Assembly: GCA_946615965.1 (NCBI GenBank)
Contig: CAMOIC010000001.1
Location: 43,198 to 107,197, forward strand
Source: an uncultured Clostridia bacterium
Lineage (GTDB): Bacteria > Bacillota > Clostridia > Christensenellales > UBA3700
DNA length: 64,000 bases
Direction of reading: 5' to 3'
Position numbers and translations under genes: made by a program. Each line of letters starts with the position of its first letter. The first letter of the stretch is position 1. The notes beneath the pieces were generated by a model. That model ran no database searches. It saw only the letters and a list, made by a program, of their open reading frames with translations, and was not told the origin of the DNA. Positions 46,163 through 56,979 of the stretch are shown here, piece by piece.

Positions 46163-48244
46163 TTAAAGAACTTCAAGAAGCTTTAGTCCGATACCCTTTT
46201 CGTTGATATCGATAACCTTAACCTTAACGTTATCACCAAGCTTTAGAACATCTTCAACCTTTTCAACTCTTTCTTTCTTTAACTTAGAAATATGAATCAT
46301 AGCATCCTTTCCTGGAGCGATTTCAACGAATGCACCAAAGTTCATGATTCTAACAACCTTACCTGTTAATTCATCACCAACTTCTGGATCATTGCAGATA
46401 AGTTCGATTGTCTTCTTAGCCTTGTTGATCATATCCATATCTGTTGAAGATACAAATACATCACCAAAGTCGTTGATATCAACCTTAACGCCTGTTTCTT
46501 CAATAATCTTATTGATTGTCTTACCACCTGAACCGATAACATCCTTAATCTTATCTGGGCTGATTGAGAATGAAACGATCTTTGGAGCATACTTAGATAA
46601 TTCCTTTCTTGGTTCTGGAATTGTTTCTAACATCTTATTTAAGATGAATAATCTACCATCTCTAGCTTGAGCTAAAGCTTGACGTAAGATCTTTTCGTTA
46701 ATACCCTTAATCTTAATATCCATTTGGATAGCTGTGATACCATCTTTAGTACCTGTTACCTTGAAGTCCATATCGCCTAAGAAGTCTTCTAGACCTTGGA
46801 TATCTGTCATAACAGCAACCTTTGACTTATCTTCGTTAGAAATTAAGCCCATAGCAACACCAGCAACTGGCTTCTTAATAGGTACACCAGCATCCATTAA
46901 TGCTAATGTTGAACCACATGTAGATGCCATTGATGTAGAACCGTTTGAAGATAAGATATCTGAAACCATTCTAATAGCATATGGGAATTCTTCTACTGAT
47001 GGGATAACTGGCTCTAAAGCTCTTTCTGCTAAAGCACCATGTCCGATTTCTCTTCTACCTGGGCTCTTTAAAGGCTTAGCTTCACCAGTTGTATATCCTG
47101 GCATGTTATATTGATGCATATATCTCTTGCATTGATCTTCATCAAGACCTTCTAACTTTTGAACTTCAGAAATGCTTCCTAATGTACATGTTGTTAAAGC
47201 TTGAGTTTGACCTCTTGTGAATACAGCTGAACCGTGAACTCTTGGTAATATACCAGTTTCACACCAAATTGGTCTAATTTCTGTTAATGTTCTACCATCT
47301 GGTCTGATACCGTCATCAAGAATCTTCTTTCTAACCTTAGCCTTCTTCATAGCGTACATTGTTTCATAAATGTCTCTCTTTGAATCAGGATACTTTTCAG
47401 CGAAATGAGCATAAACATCATTGTCTAATTCTTCTTCAGCTACTTCTCTTTCATGTCTATCGAAGTGTGTTAACACTTCATCCATCTTAGCATCGCAATA
47501 TTCCTTAACGTCAGCTTCAACGTCAGCAGCTGGATGATAAAGATTTGGAATAATCTTTTCCTTACCGATTTCTGCTTGAATACCTTCAATCCATGCTACG
47601 ATCTTCTTGATTTCTTCATGACCGAATAAAATAGCTTGAACCATTTCTTCTTCTGATAATTCATTACATCCAGCTTCAACCATTAAGATAGCATCCTTTG
47701 TGCCTGAAAGGTTTAAAGCAAGCTTACTCTTAGCTCTTTGTTCTGAACCTGGGTTAATAACATATTGTCCATCAACATATCCAACAACTACTGAACCTGT
47801 AGGTCCTGCAAATGGGATATCAGAGATTGATAAAGCAACTGACGAACCGATCATTGCATAAATCTCTGGTGGAATTTCTGTATCTACAGATAAACATGTA
47901 GCTATAACTGTAACATCATTATAGAAAAACTTAGGGAATAAAGGTCTTAAAGGTCTATCAATTAATCTTGATGTTAAAATAGCCTTATCACTAGCCTTTC
48001 CTTCTCTCTTCTTAAATCCCCCTGGAATCTTACCTACGGCATACATCTTTTCTTCAAAATCACATGATAATGGGAAGAAATCTACACCTTCTCTTTGTTC
48101 CTTGGCCATACATACGTTAACCATAACGGCTGTGTCACCACATCTAACGATACAACTTCCGTTAGCTTGACCACAATATGCACCAGTTTCAACTGATACT
48201 TCTCTTCCACCTATTGTAGTCTTAAAAATTTTCTTTTCCATCAC
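46163..48244 (-). CDS. pnp: polyribonucleotide nucleotidyltransferase (PNPase)
   Basis: 693 aa. Two RNase PH domains, then KH (IKDVIGSGGKTINKI) and S1 (GKVVRIMNFGAFVEI) domains. Confidence 0.96.
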   Translation of the reverse strand: MMEKKIFKTTIGGREVSVETGAYCGQANGSCIVRCGDTAVMVNVCMAKEQREGVDFFPLSCDFEEKMYAVGKIPGGFKKREGKASDKAILTSRLIDRPLRPLFPKFFYNDVTVIATCLSVDTEIPPEIYAMIGSSVALSISDIPFAGPTGSVVVGYVDGQYVINPGSEQRAKSKLALNLSGTKDAILMVEAGCNELSEEEMVQAILFGHEEIKKIVAWIEGIQAEIGKEKIIPNLYHPAADVEADVKEYCDAKMDEVLTHFDRHEREVAEEELDNDVYAHFAEKYPDSKRDIYETMYAMKKAKVRKKILDDGIRPDGRTLTEIRPIWCETGILPRVHGSAVFTRGQTQALTTCTLGSISEVQKLEGLDEDQCKRYMHQYNMPGYTTGEAKPLKSPGRREIGHGALAERALEPVIPSVEEFPYAIRMVSDILSSNGSTSMASTCGSTLALMDAGVPIKKPVAGVAMGLISNEDKSKVAVMTDIQGLEDFLGDMDFKVTGTKDGITAIQMDIKIKGINEKILRQALAQARDGRLFILNKMLETIPEPRKELSKYAPKIVSFSISPDKIKDVIGSGGKTINKIIEETGVKVDINDFGDVFVSSTDMDMINKAKKTIELICNDPEVGDELTGKVVRIMNFGAFVEIAPGKDAMIHISKLKKERVEKVEDVLKLGDNVKVKVIDINEKGIGLKLLEVL

Positions 48245-48310
48245 TAATCCTCCAATATTAGTTAAAATCTATTAATTTCCTTTGTTTAATTGTTCAAAAA
48301 TTAAATAACA

Positions 48311-48354
48311 AAAACTAAAAGATAAGGGTTGTAAGATTGCCCTACAACCCTTAT
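48311..48354 (-). terminator. stem-loop/terminator between rpsO and pnp
   Basis: 12-bp stem ATAAGGGTTGTA (48322-48333) pairs with TACAACCCTTAT (48343-48354). On the minus strand it is followed by CTTTTAGTTTTT. This is the classical rpsO-pnp attenuator position. Confidence 0.75.
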
Positions 48355-48361
48355 TTTGTCA

Positions 48362-48631
48362 TTAGTTTGAGCTTCTTAAATCTAGCTTTTCAACGATAGC
48401 ACGATATCTGTTGATATCTGTTTCCTTTAAGTACTTTAATAAGCTTCTTCTTGAACCTACCATTGTTTGTAAGCCCTTTCTTGAGTGAGAATCTTGCTTA
48501 TTAGCCTTTAAGTGCTCTGTTAAATGTTGGATTCTAGCTGTTAGTAAAGCGATTTGTACTTCAGCTGAACCTGTGTCCTTTTCGTTTTTGCCATACTTAG
48601 CAATAATTTCTTGCTTTGTTAATTCTTCCAT
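48362..48631 (-). CDS. rpsO: 30S ribosomal protein S15
   Basis: Start placed at ATG 48631 (MEELTKQE...), preceded by GAAGGAGG. This gives 89 aa, the normal S15 length. [15 protein letters not shown] motif. Confidence 0.93.
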   Translation of the reverse strand: MEELTKQEIIAKYGKNEKDTGSAEVQIALLTARIQHLTEHLKANKQDSHSRKGLQTMVGSRRSLLKYLKETDINRYRAIVEKLDLRSSN

Positions 48632-48762
48632 TTTTTTGCCTCCTTCTTTGGAAAAATAATTCGCCATGCACTACGTAAAAAATCGGAGTAATTTTTAAAC
48701 CTAGCACAGGTACTGCTAGTATCTTATCATAACCATTTTTGAAATCGCAACTAAAATATATA

Positions 48763-50193
48763 TTAATTAAAGAAATTATACTTACTATCTAATATCTCTT
48801 GTTCTCTTTGCAAGAACACTTCAAGACCTTTTGCTTCTGGAAGTCTAGAGATTTGATCTTTTTCTATATCCAATTTCTTTGAAATTGCACCAGCACCATT
48901 GGCAATAATTGATGTAGTTTCTTCCATAATGTCAATGTTATAAATGCAAGCTTTGCCCTTTTTGCAGTATCCAACATTTTCCAAGTTGCCGCTCATATGC
49001 TTTTGTTTGTACATATAATAAGGCTCATAACCAGCATTCATAATAGCATTCATTGCATAATCTACCATCTTTGATGGTATATTTTCTGAAGCATTATCAT
49101 AATTAGTTTCATGAAGCTTAGATCCTCTCTTAAGTGCTAATGTATGAACTGTAATATTTTCTGGATCTAATTCTATTGCCTTATCTACTGAATTCTTAAA
49201 ATCTTCAAATGTTTCGCCAGGAAGCATCGCAATTAAATCCATATTTATATCAAAATCATATTCTCTTGCCATCTTATACACAGCATAGATATCATCTACT
49301 GAATGTTTTCTGCCAATTAAGTCTAAAGTTGCCTGATTAAAGCTTTGTGGATTAATAGAAATACGTGTAACACCATTTCTAGCCATAATATCTAACTTTT
49401 CTTTAGTTATAGTATCTGGTCTTCCAGCCTCAACAGTATATTCTGATACATTAAAATTTGCAGCTGAGACGATTTTTTCAAAATTCTCATCATCAATTGA
49501 AGTTGGAGTTCCACCACCAATATAAACAGATTTAACAACAAAACCTTTTTCTTTAATGATACGTTTTGTCATATCTAACTCTTTTAATACCATATCAGTA
49601 TATGGACAAATCAGTTTTTTAACACATCTAAGCTCTGCAGATATAAAAGAACAATAAGAACATCTAGTAACACAAATTGGAATGTTAACAAAAACATCAA
49701 CATACTTTGCATCCTTAACATAAATACCTTCTTGATTCTTGCAGATCATTGAAATCAACTTTGTCTTTTCTTTAGATACTCTCAATCTATTTTCAAAGTA
49801 GTCATCTGCATCAATACCACTTGCCTCAACATCATGATAAAGCTTTGTTGGACGAATTCCTGTTAAAGATCCATAAGGTAATTTTACTCCTGTAATCTTA
49901 GACAACACATCATACAAGAAAACCTTGCTATATCTCTTTTTTAGAGATTTAATGGCTAATGGGGAATTATACTCTTCTAAATTAAACTGATTTTCATAAT
50001 GCTCAAGACAATTTATTTCTAATTCAATTTTTGTTGTGTAGTTGTTATTTCCGTTATCTATAAGGTCTAATCTGATGAAATTCTTAGATTCATCGTCAAG
50101 TTCAACATATGGATGGAAAGCTCTAATAATGTCCTTATAGTCATTATCAAAACCTTCTTCATTTGTTTCAAATCTAAGTCTAATTTCACTCAT
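48763..50193 (-). CDS. radical SAM protein of the HemN/HemZ (coproporphyrinogen dehydrogenase-like) family
   Basis: 476 aa. CxxxCxxC motif CVTRCSYC after an N-terminal domain of about 170 aa. Length and context (next to MBL-dtd-relA) fit the clostridial HemZ type. Confidence 0.7.
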   Translation of the reverse strand: MSEIRLRFETNEEGFDNDYKDIIRAFHPYVELDDESKNFIRLDLIDNGNNNYTTKIELEINCLEHYENQFNLEEYNSPLAIKSLKKRYSKVFLYDVLSKITGVKLPYGSLTGIRPTKLYHDVEASGIDADDYFENRLRVSKEKTKLISMICKNQEGIYVKDAKYVDVFVNIPICVTRCSYCSFISAELRCVKKLICPYTDMVLKELDMTKRIIKEKGFVVKSVYIGGGTPTSIDDENFEKIVSAANFNVSEYTVEAGRPDTITKEKLDIMARNGVTRISINPQSFNQATLDLIGRKHSVDDIYAVYKMAREYDFDINMDLIAMLPGETFEDFKNSVDKAIELDPENITVHTLALKRGSKLHETNYDNASENIPSKMVDYAMNAIMNAGYEPYYMYKQKHMSGNLENVGYCKKGKACIYNIDIMEETTSIIANGAGAISKKLDIEKDQISRLPEAKGLEVFLQREQEILDSKYNFFN

Positions 50194-50194
50194 T

Positions 50195-50833
50195 TTAAAA
50201 ATCTTCCTCTATATCTTCCGTATCTACAAGAATTGGATTATGAACTCTTTCGAAGTAGGAATTTGTAATCTCTCCATGTCCAGGGAAAATCATATATTCT
50301 CCTTCTAAATTGAAAATCTTCTTTATGGACAATTTAAGCTTTTGAAAATCACCGTCTTCAAAGTCTGTTCTGCCATATGATGCTCTAAAGATTGTATCGC
50401 CTGAAAAAATATTCTCATCTATAACAAAACATACCCCACCCTCTGTATGCCCAGGAGTTTGTATTACTTTTACTTTTAGACCCATTATATCCAAAGTCTC
50501 ATCTTTCTCTATTACGTAATCTACATCAAAATGTTTTATATCATAGCCGTACATTCTTGCCATATAACCAGGAGCATCTATTTTCCATATATCATTTTTA
50601 TGCATATAAACCTTAGCTCCCATATCTTGAAGCTGTTTTACACTGCCAATATGATCAAAATGTCCATGAGTTAATAGTACAGCAACGCATCTTAGTCCAT
50701 TCTTGGCTAAATAGTCCAAAATTGCGCCGGTTTGCTCAAATGTATCAATCAGAATACATTCCTTCGTCAAATCATTAATTACAAAATATGAATTTGTGGC
50801 AAATGCGCCACCTGTTAAACAATCAATTCTCAT
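50195..50833 (-). CDS. MBL-fold metallo-hydrolase (glyoxalase II-like)
   Basis: 212 aa. Motif LTHGHFDHIG. Confidence 0.85.
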   Translation of the reverse strand: MRIDCLTGGAFATNSYFVINDLTKECILIDTFEQTGAILDYLAKNGLRCVAVLLTHGHFDHIGSVKQLQDMGAKVYMHKNDIWKIDAPGYMARMYGYDIKHFDVDYVIEKDETLDIMGLKVKVIQTPGHTEGGVCFVIDENIFSGDTIFRASYGRTDFEDGDFQKLKLSIKKIFNLEGEYMIFPGHGEITNSYFERVHNPILVDTEDIEEDF

Positions 50834-51275
50834 TGTTTTTCTCTACTATAATCATTACCGGACCATCTGAAGACATTTCTATATGCATATGTTCTCCAAA
50901 TACACCTGTGGCAATATCTGTGCCCATTTTCTCTCTAAATACGCTTAAAGCATACTCATATAAAGGAAGAGCTACTTCTTTATGAGCTGCTTTAGAAAAG
51001 TCTGGGCGACGGTTTGTTGCTGTATTTGCATAAAGAGTAAAATTCGAAACAACCATAATTTGACCATCAATATCTTTTAGAGTCTTATTGGTTTTTCCAT
51101 TCTCATCTCTAAACAATCTCATACCGCATACACGATCAACAACATAATCTACAATTTTCTTATCATCATTATGAGTAAATCCAAGTAGAACTAAAAATCC
51201 AGCTCCACATTGCGAAATCAATTTATCTTCAACTGTTAATTTTGCGTAGTTTATTCTTTGAATTACTGCTTTCAT
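50823..51275 (-). CDS. dtd: D-aminoacyl-tRNA deacylase
   Basis: 150 aa. MKAVIQRI... and the SNFTLYA motif region. Sits downstream of relA as in many Firmicutes. Confidence 0.9.
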   Translation of the reverse strand: MKAVIQRINYAKLTVEDKLISQCGAGFLVLLGFTHNDDKKIVDYVVDRVCGMRLFRDENGKTNKTLKDIDGQIMVVSNFTLYANTATNRRPDFSKAAHKEVALPLYEYALSVFREKMGTDIATGVFGEHMHIEMSSDGPVMIIVEKNNEN

Positions 51276-51278
51276 ATA

Positions 51279-53453
51279 TTACTTACCATTCGCTCTCTTA
51301 ACTTCACGAACGCCTTTAATCTGTTCAAGTTTTTGCATTAAACTCTTAATTTCGCCAGTAGAAGAAACTTCAACAGAAAGTTTAGCAATAGCAGTAGTAT
51401 TATCTATCTTCTTAGCATCCAATGTAACCATTGGTACTTTCATATTTGCAATAAGCATAGCAATATCCGCAACAAATCCAGCTCTTTCATCAGCAACAAT
51501 TTCAACAAATACTTCGTATTTGCCAGTTACTACCTCTGGCCATTCTGCAGATACAATTCTCTCTGGTTCTAAAGAAGCTACGTTTGGACAATTCTTTCTA
51601 TGAATAATAACACCTCTAGTTCTTGAGATATATCCAACAATCTCATCGCCTGGAAGCGCTGTACAACATTGAGAGAACTTAACTTTCATTCCACCCATTC
51701 CATTGATTAAGATACCGCTATCTCCATTAGAAGATTTAGCTGGAATCTTTGCCATAACTTGCTCAATAGAAACATTTCCTTTATTAACTTCTTCGTTTTT
51801 AATTTCTATTAACTTATTAGCAAGAGAATATGCAGATAACTCGCCACATCCGATTGATGCACAAATATCATCAATTGAAGCAGCCTTATAGTTGTTCTTA
51901 ATATAATCATTCCATGCAGGAATCTTAACAAGTTCGTTAAAGTCATATCCTTTTTGTCTAACAACTTTTTCGAATGTATCTCTACCAATCTTAACATTCT
52001 CTTCGCGATTAACTTTCTTGAAGAATGCTTTAATCTTAGATTTCGCAGCAGGAGTAATTGCAATATTCAACCAATCTCTAGATGGACCTTTTGATGTATT
52101 TGAAGTTATGACTTCAACAACATCACCATTTCCAAGTTTTGTAGAAATTGGAACCATTTTATTATTAATCTTTATACCAACGCAATGATGTCCAACTTGA
52201 GTATGAACAAGATATGCAAAGTCGATACCTGTAGATCCGTTAGGAAGATTAAATACGTCGCCTCTTGGAGTAAATACGAAAACTTGATCTGAATATAAGT
52301 CAATTTTAACATTGTCCAAATATTCTTTAGAGTTCATGCCTTCATTTTGAAGCTCCATAACGCCTCTAATCCAAGCTAGTTTTTGATCATCGATTGATTG
52401 CGTTGAATTAGTATTTCCTTGCTTATATTTCCAGTGCGCAGCAATACCGTATTCGGCGATTTGATGCATTTCATGTGTTCTAATTTGAATTTCAAATGGA
52501 GAACCATATGGAGGCGCAATAACAGTAGTATGTAATGATTGATACATATTTGCCTTAGGAACCGAAATATAATCCTTAAAACGTCCAGGAAGTGGTTTCC
52601 ACTTGTTATGGATAGCACCTAAAACTGCATAACAATCCTTTACTGAATCCACAATAATACGAAGCGCAATTAAATCGTAAATCTCTTCAAAAGATTTACC
52701 TTTCTTTAATTTTCTATAGATACTATAGAAATGCTTTGGACGACCATTTACATCGCCAGCAATTCCTATCTCTTTCAAGAGAGCTTTAATTTCTACAGTA
52801 ATACTATCTACGAATTTTTGTCTCTCACTCTTAGATTGAGCTACCTTTTCTGCAATATAGAAATAATCTTCTGGATATAAATATCTTAGACATAAATCTT
52901 CTAGTTCACCCTTAATCGGAGCGATACCTAATCTAGAAGCGATTGGCGCATAAATCTCAAGTGTTTCTTGAGCAATTCTCTTTTGAGAATCGGCATCCTT
53001 GAACGCCAAAGTTCTCATATTATTTAATCTATCTGCCAGTTTAATGATAATAACTCTTATATCATTAGACATTGCCAAGAACATTCTTCTTAAATTCTCA
53101 GCTTGAGCTTCTTCTCTTGATTTAAAGTTGAATTTTGAAAGTTTTGTAACACCTTGAACAAGTAAGAATACTTCGTTACCAAATTCCTCAACAACATTAT
53201 CTGCAGTTACTTCTGTATCTTCGATAACATCATGCAATAAAGCAGCAATAACAGTATCTGCGTCCATTCCTAAATCTACTAGAATTTCAGCAACTGAAAG
53301 TGGATGAATAATATAATCTTCACCAGATTGACGCTTTTGTCCTCTATGCGCAGACTTAGCAAAGAAGTAAGCCTTTTCAATCTTACTTGCATTGTTTTCT
53401 ATATAAGCATCTCTTACTTTCAATAAGAAAGAACTTTCAACGTCTTGATCCAA
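51279..53453 (-). CDS. relA: bifunctional (p)ppGpp synthetase/hydrolase (RelA/SpoT homologue)
   Basis: 724 aa. HD hydrolase domain (HPLSVA...LLHDVIEDT), synthetase domain, TGS and C-terminal ACT-like region. Confidence 0.94.
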   Translation of the reverse strand: MDQDVESSFLLKVRDAYIENNASKIEKAYFFAKSAHRGQKRQSGEDYIIHPLSVAEILVDLGMDADTVIAALLHDVIEDTEVTADNVVEEFGNEVFLLVQGVTKLSKFNFKSREEAQAENLRRMFLAMSNDIRVIIIKLADRLNNMRTLAFKDADSQKRIAQETLEIYAPIASRLGIAPIKGELEDLCLRYLYPEDYFYIAEKVAQSKSERQKFVDSITVEIKALLKEIGIAGDVNGRPKHFYSIYRKLKKGKSFEEIYDLIALRIIVDSVKDCYAVLGAIHNKWKPLPGRFKDYISVPKANMYQSLHTTVIAPPYGSPFEIQIRTHEMHQIAEYGIAAHWKYKQGNTNSTQSIDDQKLAWIRGVMELQNEGMNSKEYLDNVKIDLYSDQVFVFTPRGDVFNLPNGSTGIDFAYLVHTQVGHHCVGIKINNKMVPISTKLGNGDVVEVITSNTSKGPSRDWLNIAITPAAKSKIKAFFKKVNREENVKIGRDTFEKVVRQKGYDFNELVKIPAWNDYIKNNYKAASIDDICASIGCGELSAYSLANKLIEIKNEEVNKGNVSIEQVMAKIPAKSSNGDSGILINGMGGMKVKFSQCCTALPGDEIVGYISRTRGVIIHRKNCPNVASLEPERIVSAEWPEVVTGKYEVFVEIVADERAGFVADIAMLIANMKVPMVTLDAKKIDNTTAIAKLSVEVSSTGEIKSLMQKLEQIKGVREVKRANGK

Positions 53454-53454
53454 C

Positions 53455-55758
53455 TTAAGCTCCTACTATGTTTTTATATAAGTTGCTGTTTTGAATTGGG
53501 TTTTTCTTAGATTTATCTATTTTAAATAGATTGTCCTTGTAAACAACTATTCCTAAATCCATGAAAATACTTAACGCAACTACAAAATAATTATAGTTTA
53601 CATTCAACTTTTTTTCAATATCCACATACAAACTATAAACGTCTGCAAACGCCCCATATTGCATAGATTTACCCATCTCCATGAAGATTTGACCAAGCGT
53701 TTTATAATCAGGCAAATACTCTTTTAAAACCTTGTAAGCATTTTCTGAATTTACATAATAAACATTGCAATCTTTGTTTAGTTTTAAAATATCTATAAAG
53801 CCTAAAGATAAAGGCCTATCTAAAAATACTAAATTCTTATATTTATCTAAGTTTGCTTCTTCGTTTAAATTGAAATATACCGCATTATTTGGAGCAGCAA
53901 AATCCATATAAAAAGCGTTATAAATAATCTCTTTATTACACTTTTTCTTAAACTCTTGAATTGTCTTGTTTGAATAAGCAATAAAAGCTGTCGAATAATC
54001 GTTATCTTTTATTAAAGATAATGCTTCGTCCAAAGCTATTTGCTTTGGCTTAAATATACTCTTATCTTCGTACTTTATTGTTGATAAGAAATTATCTAAA
54101 TAACCATCTACAAAATCTATAAAATGAACATGCTTTATAATAGCTTGTGCAGATTCCATATTATTGTAGATATTGTATGCCAAATTAAAAGTAATTAACT
54201 TATTAAGCGAATTATTTAAAAGTGGCAATTTATCTGCCATATTAAAACCTATCATTTGGAATGTTCTGTTCTTAAAGATAATATGAGGAGAACCAGGTTT
54301 CATTCTAGTAAATTTCAAATTTTGAATTTCACTACCAAATACAGGCTTCTTATTTCCTTCACCATATGGTTGTAGAAGTTCTAATTCTTTTACAACTTTT
54401 AACAAATTAGATATTTCATGGAAATCAAAATATTCATTAATATCTTTCAAAAAGACTTCATTTGGATAAGTTTTCTTGCAATAACTATTAATAATATCTT
54501 TAAATTCTTCTAGATCAGATTTATTCAAAGTTAAACCACAAGCTTGAGGGTGACCGCCAAATCGCTCCAATATATCCTTTGCTTGAGAAACACACTCAAA
54601 TATATTAACTCCAGGCAAAGAACGTCCTGAGCCCTTTATTTTGTCCCCATTTTGAGTAAATAATATTACTGGGTGATTATATTCTTGAACAACAGACGCC
54701 GCAACAATACCTAAAACGCCTTCATCCCAATCCTTACCAGATAATACAATTATTGGATATTTATCAAAATCATAACCAGATAAACTATCTTTAACATCCT
54801 CGGCCAATTTCTTAGTCATCATTTGACGCTTTATGTTTACCTCGTTTATTTCCTCTATTAGCGTAGATAATACAAAATCATCCTTATCTACAAACAAGTC
54901 TATAAGCTTATTAGTATTTTCAAGTCTTCCTACTGCATTAATTCTAGGAGCTAATTTAAAAGCAATTTCAGTAGATGTAATCTTCTCATTAGTAAATGAC
55001 TTAATTAACAAATCTAAGCCCTTTCTTGAACGTTTGTTAATATACTCTAATCCCTTTTTAACAATTACTCTATTATCTCCAACAAGAGGAACGACATCCG
55101 CTACTGTTGCAATTGCTGCTATATCATAATATTTAAGACTTTCTTCAAGCGAAGTTAATCCTTCAATAAGTCTTAATACGACTCCAGCGCCGCATAAATT
55201 CTCAAATTGGCCATCTTTAGATAAGTGAGGATTAAATATTGGACAATCAGGTAAAGTCTCAGGAATTGAATGGTGATCTGTTACTACAATATCAAAGCCA
55301 AGGGCTTCGTATACGTAATTAACCTCTTCCACGCTTGATATTCCGCAATCTACTGTAATTATCAAGTCTGGATTAAATTCTTCTGTAATCTCTTCTAAAG
55401 CCTCTATATTTAAGCCATAGCCATCTTGTCTTCTATCTGGAATAAAATAATCTACATCAACACCTTTTGATGTTAAGAACTCATAAAGCATTGCTGTTGA
55501 GCATACGCCATCGCAGTCGTAATCGCCATAGATAACCACCTTCTCTTTATTATCTATTGCTTGTTGAACCCTATCTTTAACTGCTAAATATCCTGGATAA
55601 TCATTAACGTTTGTAAGCGAGTCTAAAGAAGGATGTAAGAAATCCTTACATTCTTCCACTGTTTTAAGACCACTGTTAATTAAGCATTTAGCAGTGATTC
55701 TTTCGATATTAAGTTCATTCATGAACTTTTCAATTAAACTCTCATCAAACTCTGGCAT
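53455..55758 (-). CDS. recJ: single-stranded-DNA-specific exonuclease RecJ (long Firmicute form)
   Basis: 767 aa. DHH motifs (GDYDCDGV, TVDCG, VTDHHS) and a DHHA1 region (GGHPQACG). Confidence 0.9.
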   Translation of the reverse strand: MPEFDESLIEKFMNELNIERITAKCLINSGLKTVEECKDFLHPSLDSLTNVNDYPGYLAVKDRVQQAIDNKEKVVIYGDYDCDGVCSTAMLYEFLTSKGVDVDYFIPDRRQDGYGLNIEALEEITEEFNPDLIITVDCGISSVEEVNYVYEALGFDIVVTDHHSIPETLPDCPIFNPHLSKDGQFENLCGAGVVLRLIEGLTSLEESLKYYDIAAIATVADVVPLVGDNRVIVKKGLEYINKRSRKGLDLLIKSFTNEKITSTEIAFKLAPRINAVGRLENTNKLIDLFVDKDDFVLSTLIEEINEVNIKRQMMTKKLAEDVKDSLSGYDFDKYPIIVLSGKDWDEGVLGIVAASVVQEYNHPVILFTQNGDKIKGSGRSLPGVNIFECVSQAKDILERFGGHPQACGLTLNKSDLEEFKDIINSYCKKTYPNEVFLKDINEYFDFHEISNLLKVVKELELLQPYGEGNKKPVFGSEIQNLKFTRMKPGSPHIIFKNRTFQMIGFNMADKLPLLNNSLNKLITFNLAYNIYNNMESAQAIIKHVHFIDFVDGYLDNFLSTIKYEDKSIFKPKQIALDEALSLIKDNDYSTAFIAYSNKTIQEFKKKCNKEIIYNAFYMDFAAPNNAVYFNLNEEANLDKYKNLVFLDRPLSLGFIDILKLNKDCNVYYVNSENAYKVLKEYLPDYKTLGQIFMEMGKSMQYGAFADVYSLYVDIEKKLNVNYNYFVVALSIFMDLGIVVYKDNLFKIDKSKKNPIQNSNLYKNIVGA

Positions 55759-55792
55759 ATATTAATAAGGGCTGCATTTCTTTTGCAGCCCC
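55759..55792 (-). terminator. intergenic stem-loop between secF and recJ (weak terminator or processing site)
   Basis: 8-bp stem GGGCTGCA/TGCAGCCC with a 7-nt loop. The U-tract is poor, and the recJ ATG follows immediately with no obvious SD. Confidence 0.35.
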
Positions 55793-55805
55793 TGATTGGT
55801 TTTTA

Positions 55806-56978
55806 TTATTGTTTAGCTCCTGCGTATTTAGGTTTGCTTGTTTGTTCTTTTGCTTTGTTCTTCTTTTCTTCTTTATGCTTTGTCCATGCTTGAGATAGAA
55901 CATAGTATAAAGATGGAGCGATGAACATAGATGAATAGAAACCTGCTAATAAACCAAATACAACTGGTAAAGCAAATTCATTTACTGTAGCTGATCCGAA
56001 GATTGCAAATAATACGATAGTAACCATTGTTGTTAAAGTAGAATTTACAGATCTTGTGAATGTTTGTTTTACAGAAGCATCAATTAAACCAGCTTCATCA
56101 AACTTAGGTCCAAGCTTCTTAGCATTCTTAATATTTTCTCTTAATCTATCAAATACAACGATTGTATTGTTGATTGAGTAAGCTACGATTGTAATAATTG
56201 CAGCTACGAATGAGCTATTTACTTGGATATGGAAGATAATTGTTAATGCTACTAATATTGCAACGTCGTGTGCTAATGCGACAACTGCAGCAATACCGCT
56301 CCAAATTTGGAATCTAACAATGATATATACAAGAATAATTGCTAATGATACTGCTAAACAAATTAATGCTGTTTTGATTAATTCAGCAGATGCTGTAGCA
56401 CCGATATTTGATGTTGAAATCATATCTTCAACATTATCTATGTCAACATTCTTATATTGATCTGTTGTCATTAAAGCTTTAACAATATATTCCTTGATAA
56501 GATTGTTTCTATATGTAGATAAAGTATTATCTTCATCGTATGTCTTAGAAACGTTATCATACTTAAATACGATTGCATAATCAGCATCCTTACCTGATGT
56601 TTGAGTATAAGTAACCTTTGCTGTAGCTGCATTTGCAGGAACATCTAAAGTTTTATTGTACCTATCCTTATATTCATCAGTCTTTGCATATGCTGATACT
56701 TTTTCACCAATTTCAGAATTCTCAATAGCTTCCTTAATTAGTTTTTCATATGAATTATATGTATCACTTGTTAATACTTCATTTCCTAGTGTTACTGTAA
56801 CTAAAGATCCACCGGCAAAGTCGATACCGATATTCATACCCTTATTTACATCTTTATAAACACCAGCAAAGATACCAAACATAATAGCTGCAAGAAGAAC
56901 AACTGCAAGTGGAGCTATAATCCAATACTTAATGTTCTTAGAAATCTTGAAATTAATATTCTTTAACTTCTCTAACAT
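55806..56978 (-). CDS. secF: protein translocase subunit SecF
   Basis: 390 aa. IGIDFAGGS motif and a C-terminal 6-TM SecD/SecF domain. Confidence 0.9.
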   Translation of the reverse strand: MLEKLKNINFKISKNIKYWIIAPLAVVLLAAIMFGIFAGVYKDVNKGMNIGIDFAGGSLVTVTLGNEVLTSDTYNSYEKLIKEAIENSEIGEKVSAYAKTDEYKDRYNKTLDVPANAATAKVTYTQTSGKDADYAIVFKYDNVSKTYDEDNTLSTYRNNLIKEYIVKALMTTDQYKNVDIDNVEDMISTSNIGATASAELIKTALICLAVSLAIILVYIIVRFQIWSGIAAVVALAHDVAILVALTIIFHIQVNSSFVAAIITIVAYSINNTIVVFDRLRENIKNAKKLGPKFDEAGLIDASVKQTFTRSVNSTLTTMVTIVLFAIFGSATVNEFALPVVFGLLAGFYSSMFIAPSLYYVLSQAWTKHKEEKKNKAKEQTSKPKYAGAKQ

Positions 56979-56979
56979 A

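Noticed and set aside
11488-52618. Minus-strand ORFs nested out of frame inside larger genes (11488-11712, 16941-17192, 41505-41723, 41736-42005, 51809-52063, 52376-52618).
   Set aside because: They are alternative frames of the ABC-2 permease, ispH/rpsA, ftsK and relA genes. Their translations are Lys/Leu/Ile-rich and they have no independent start signals.
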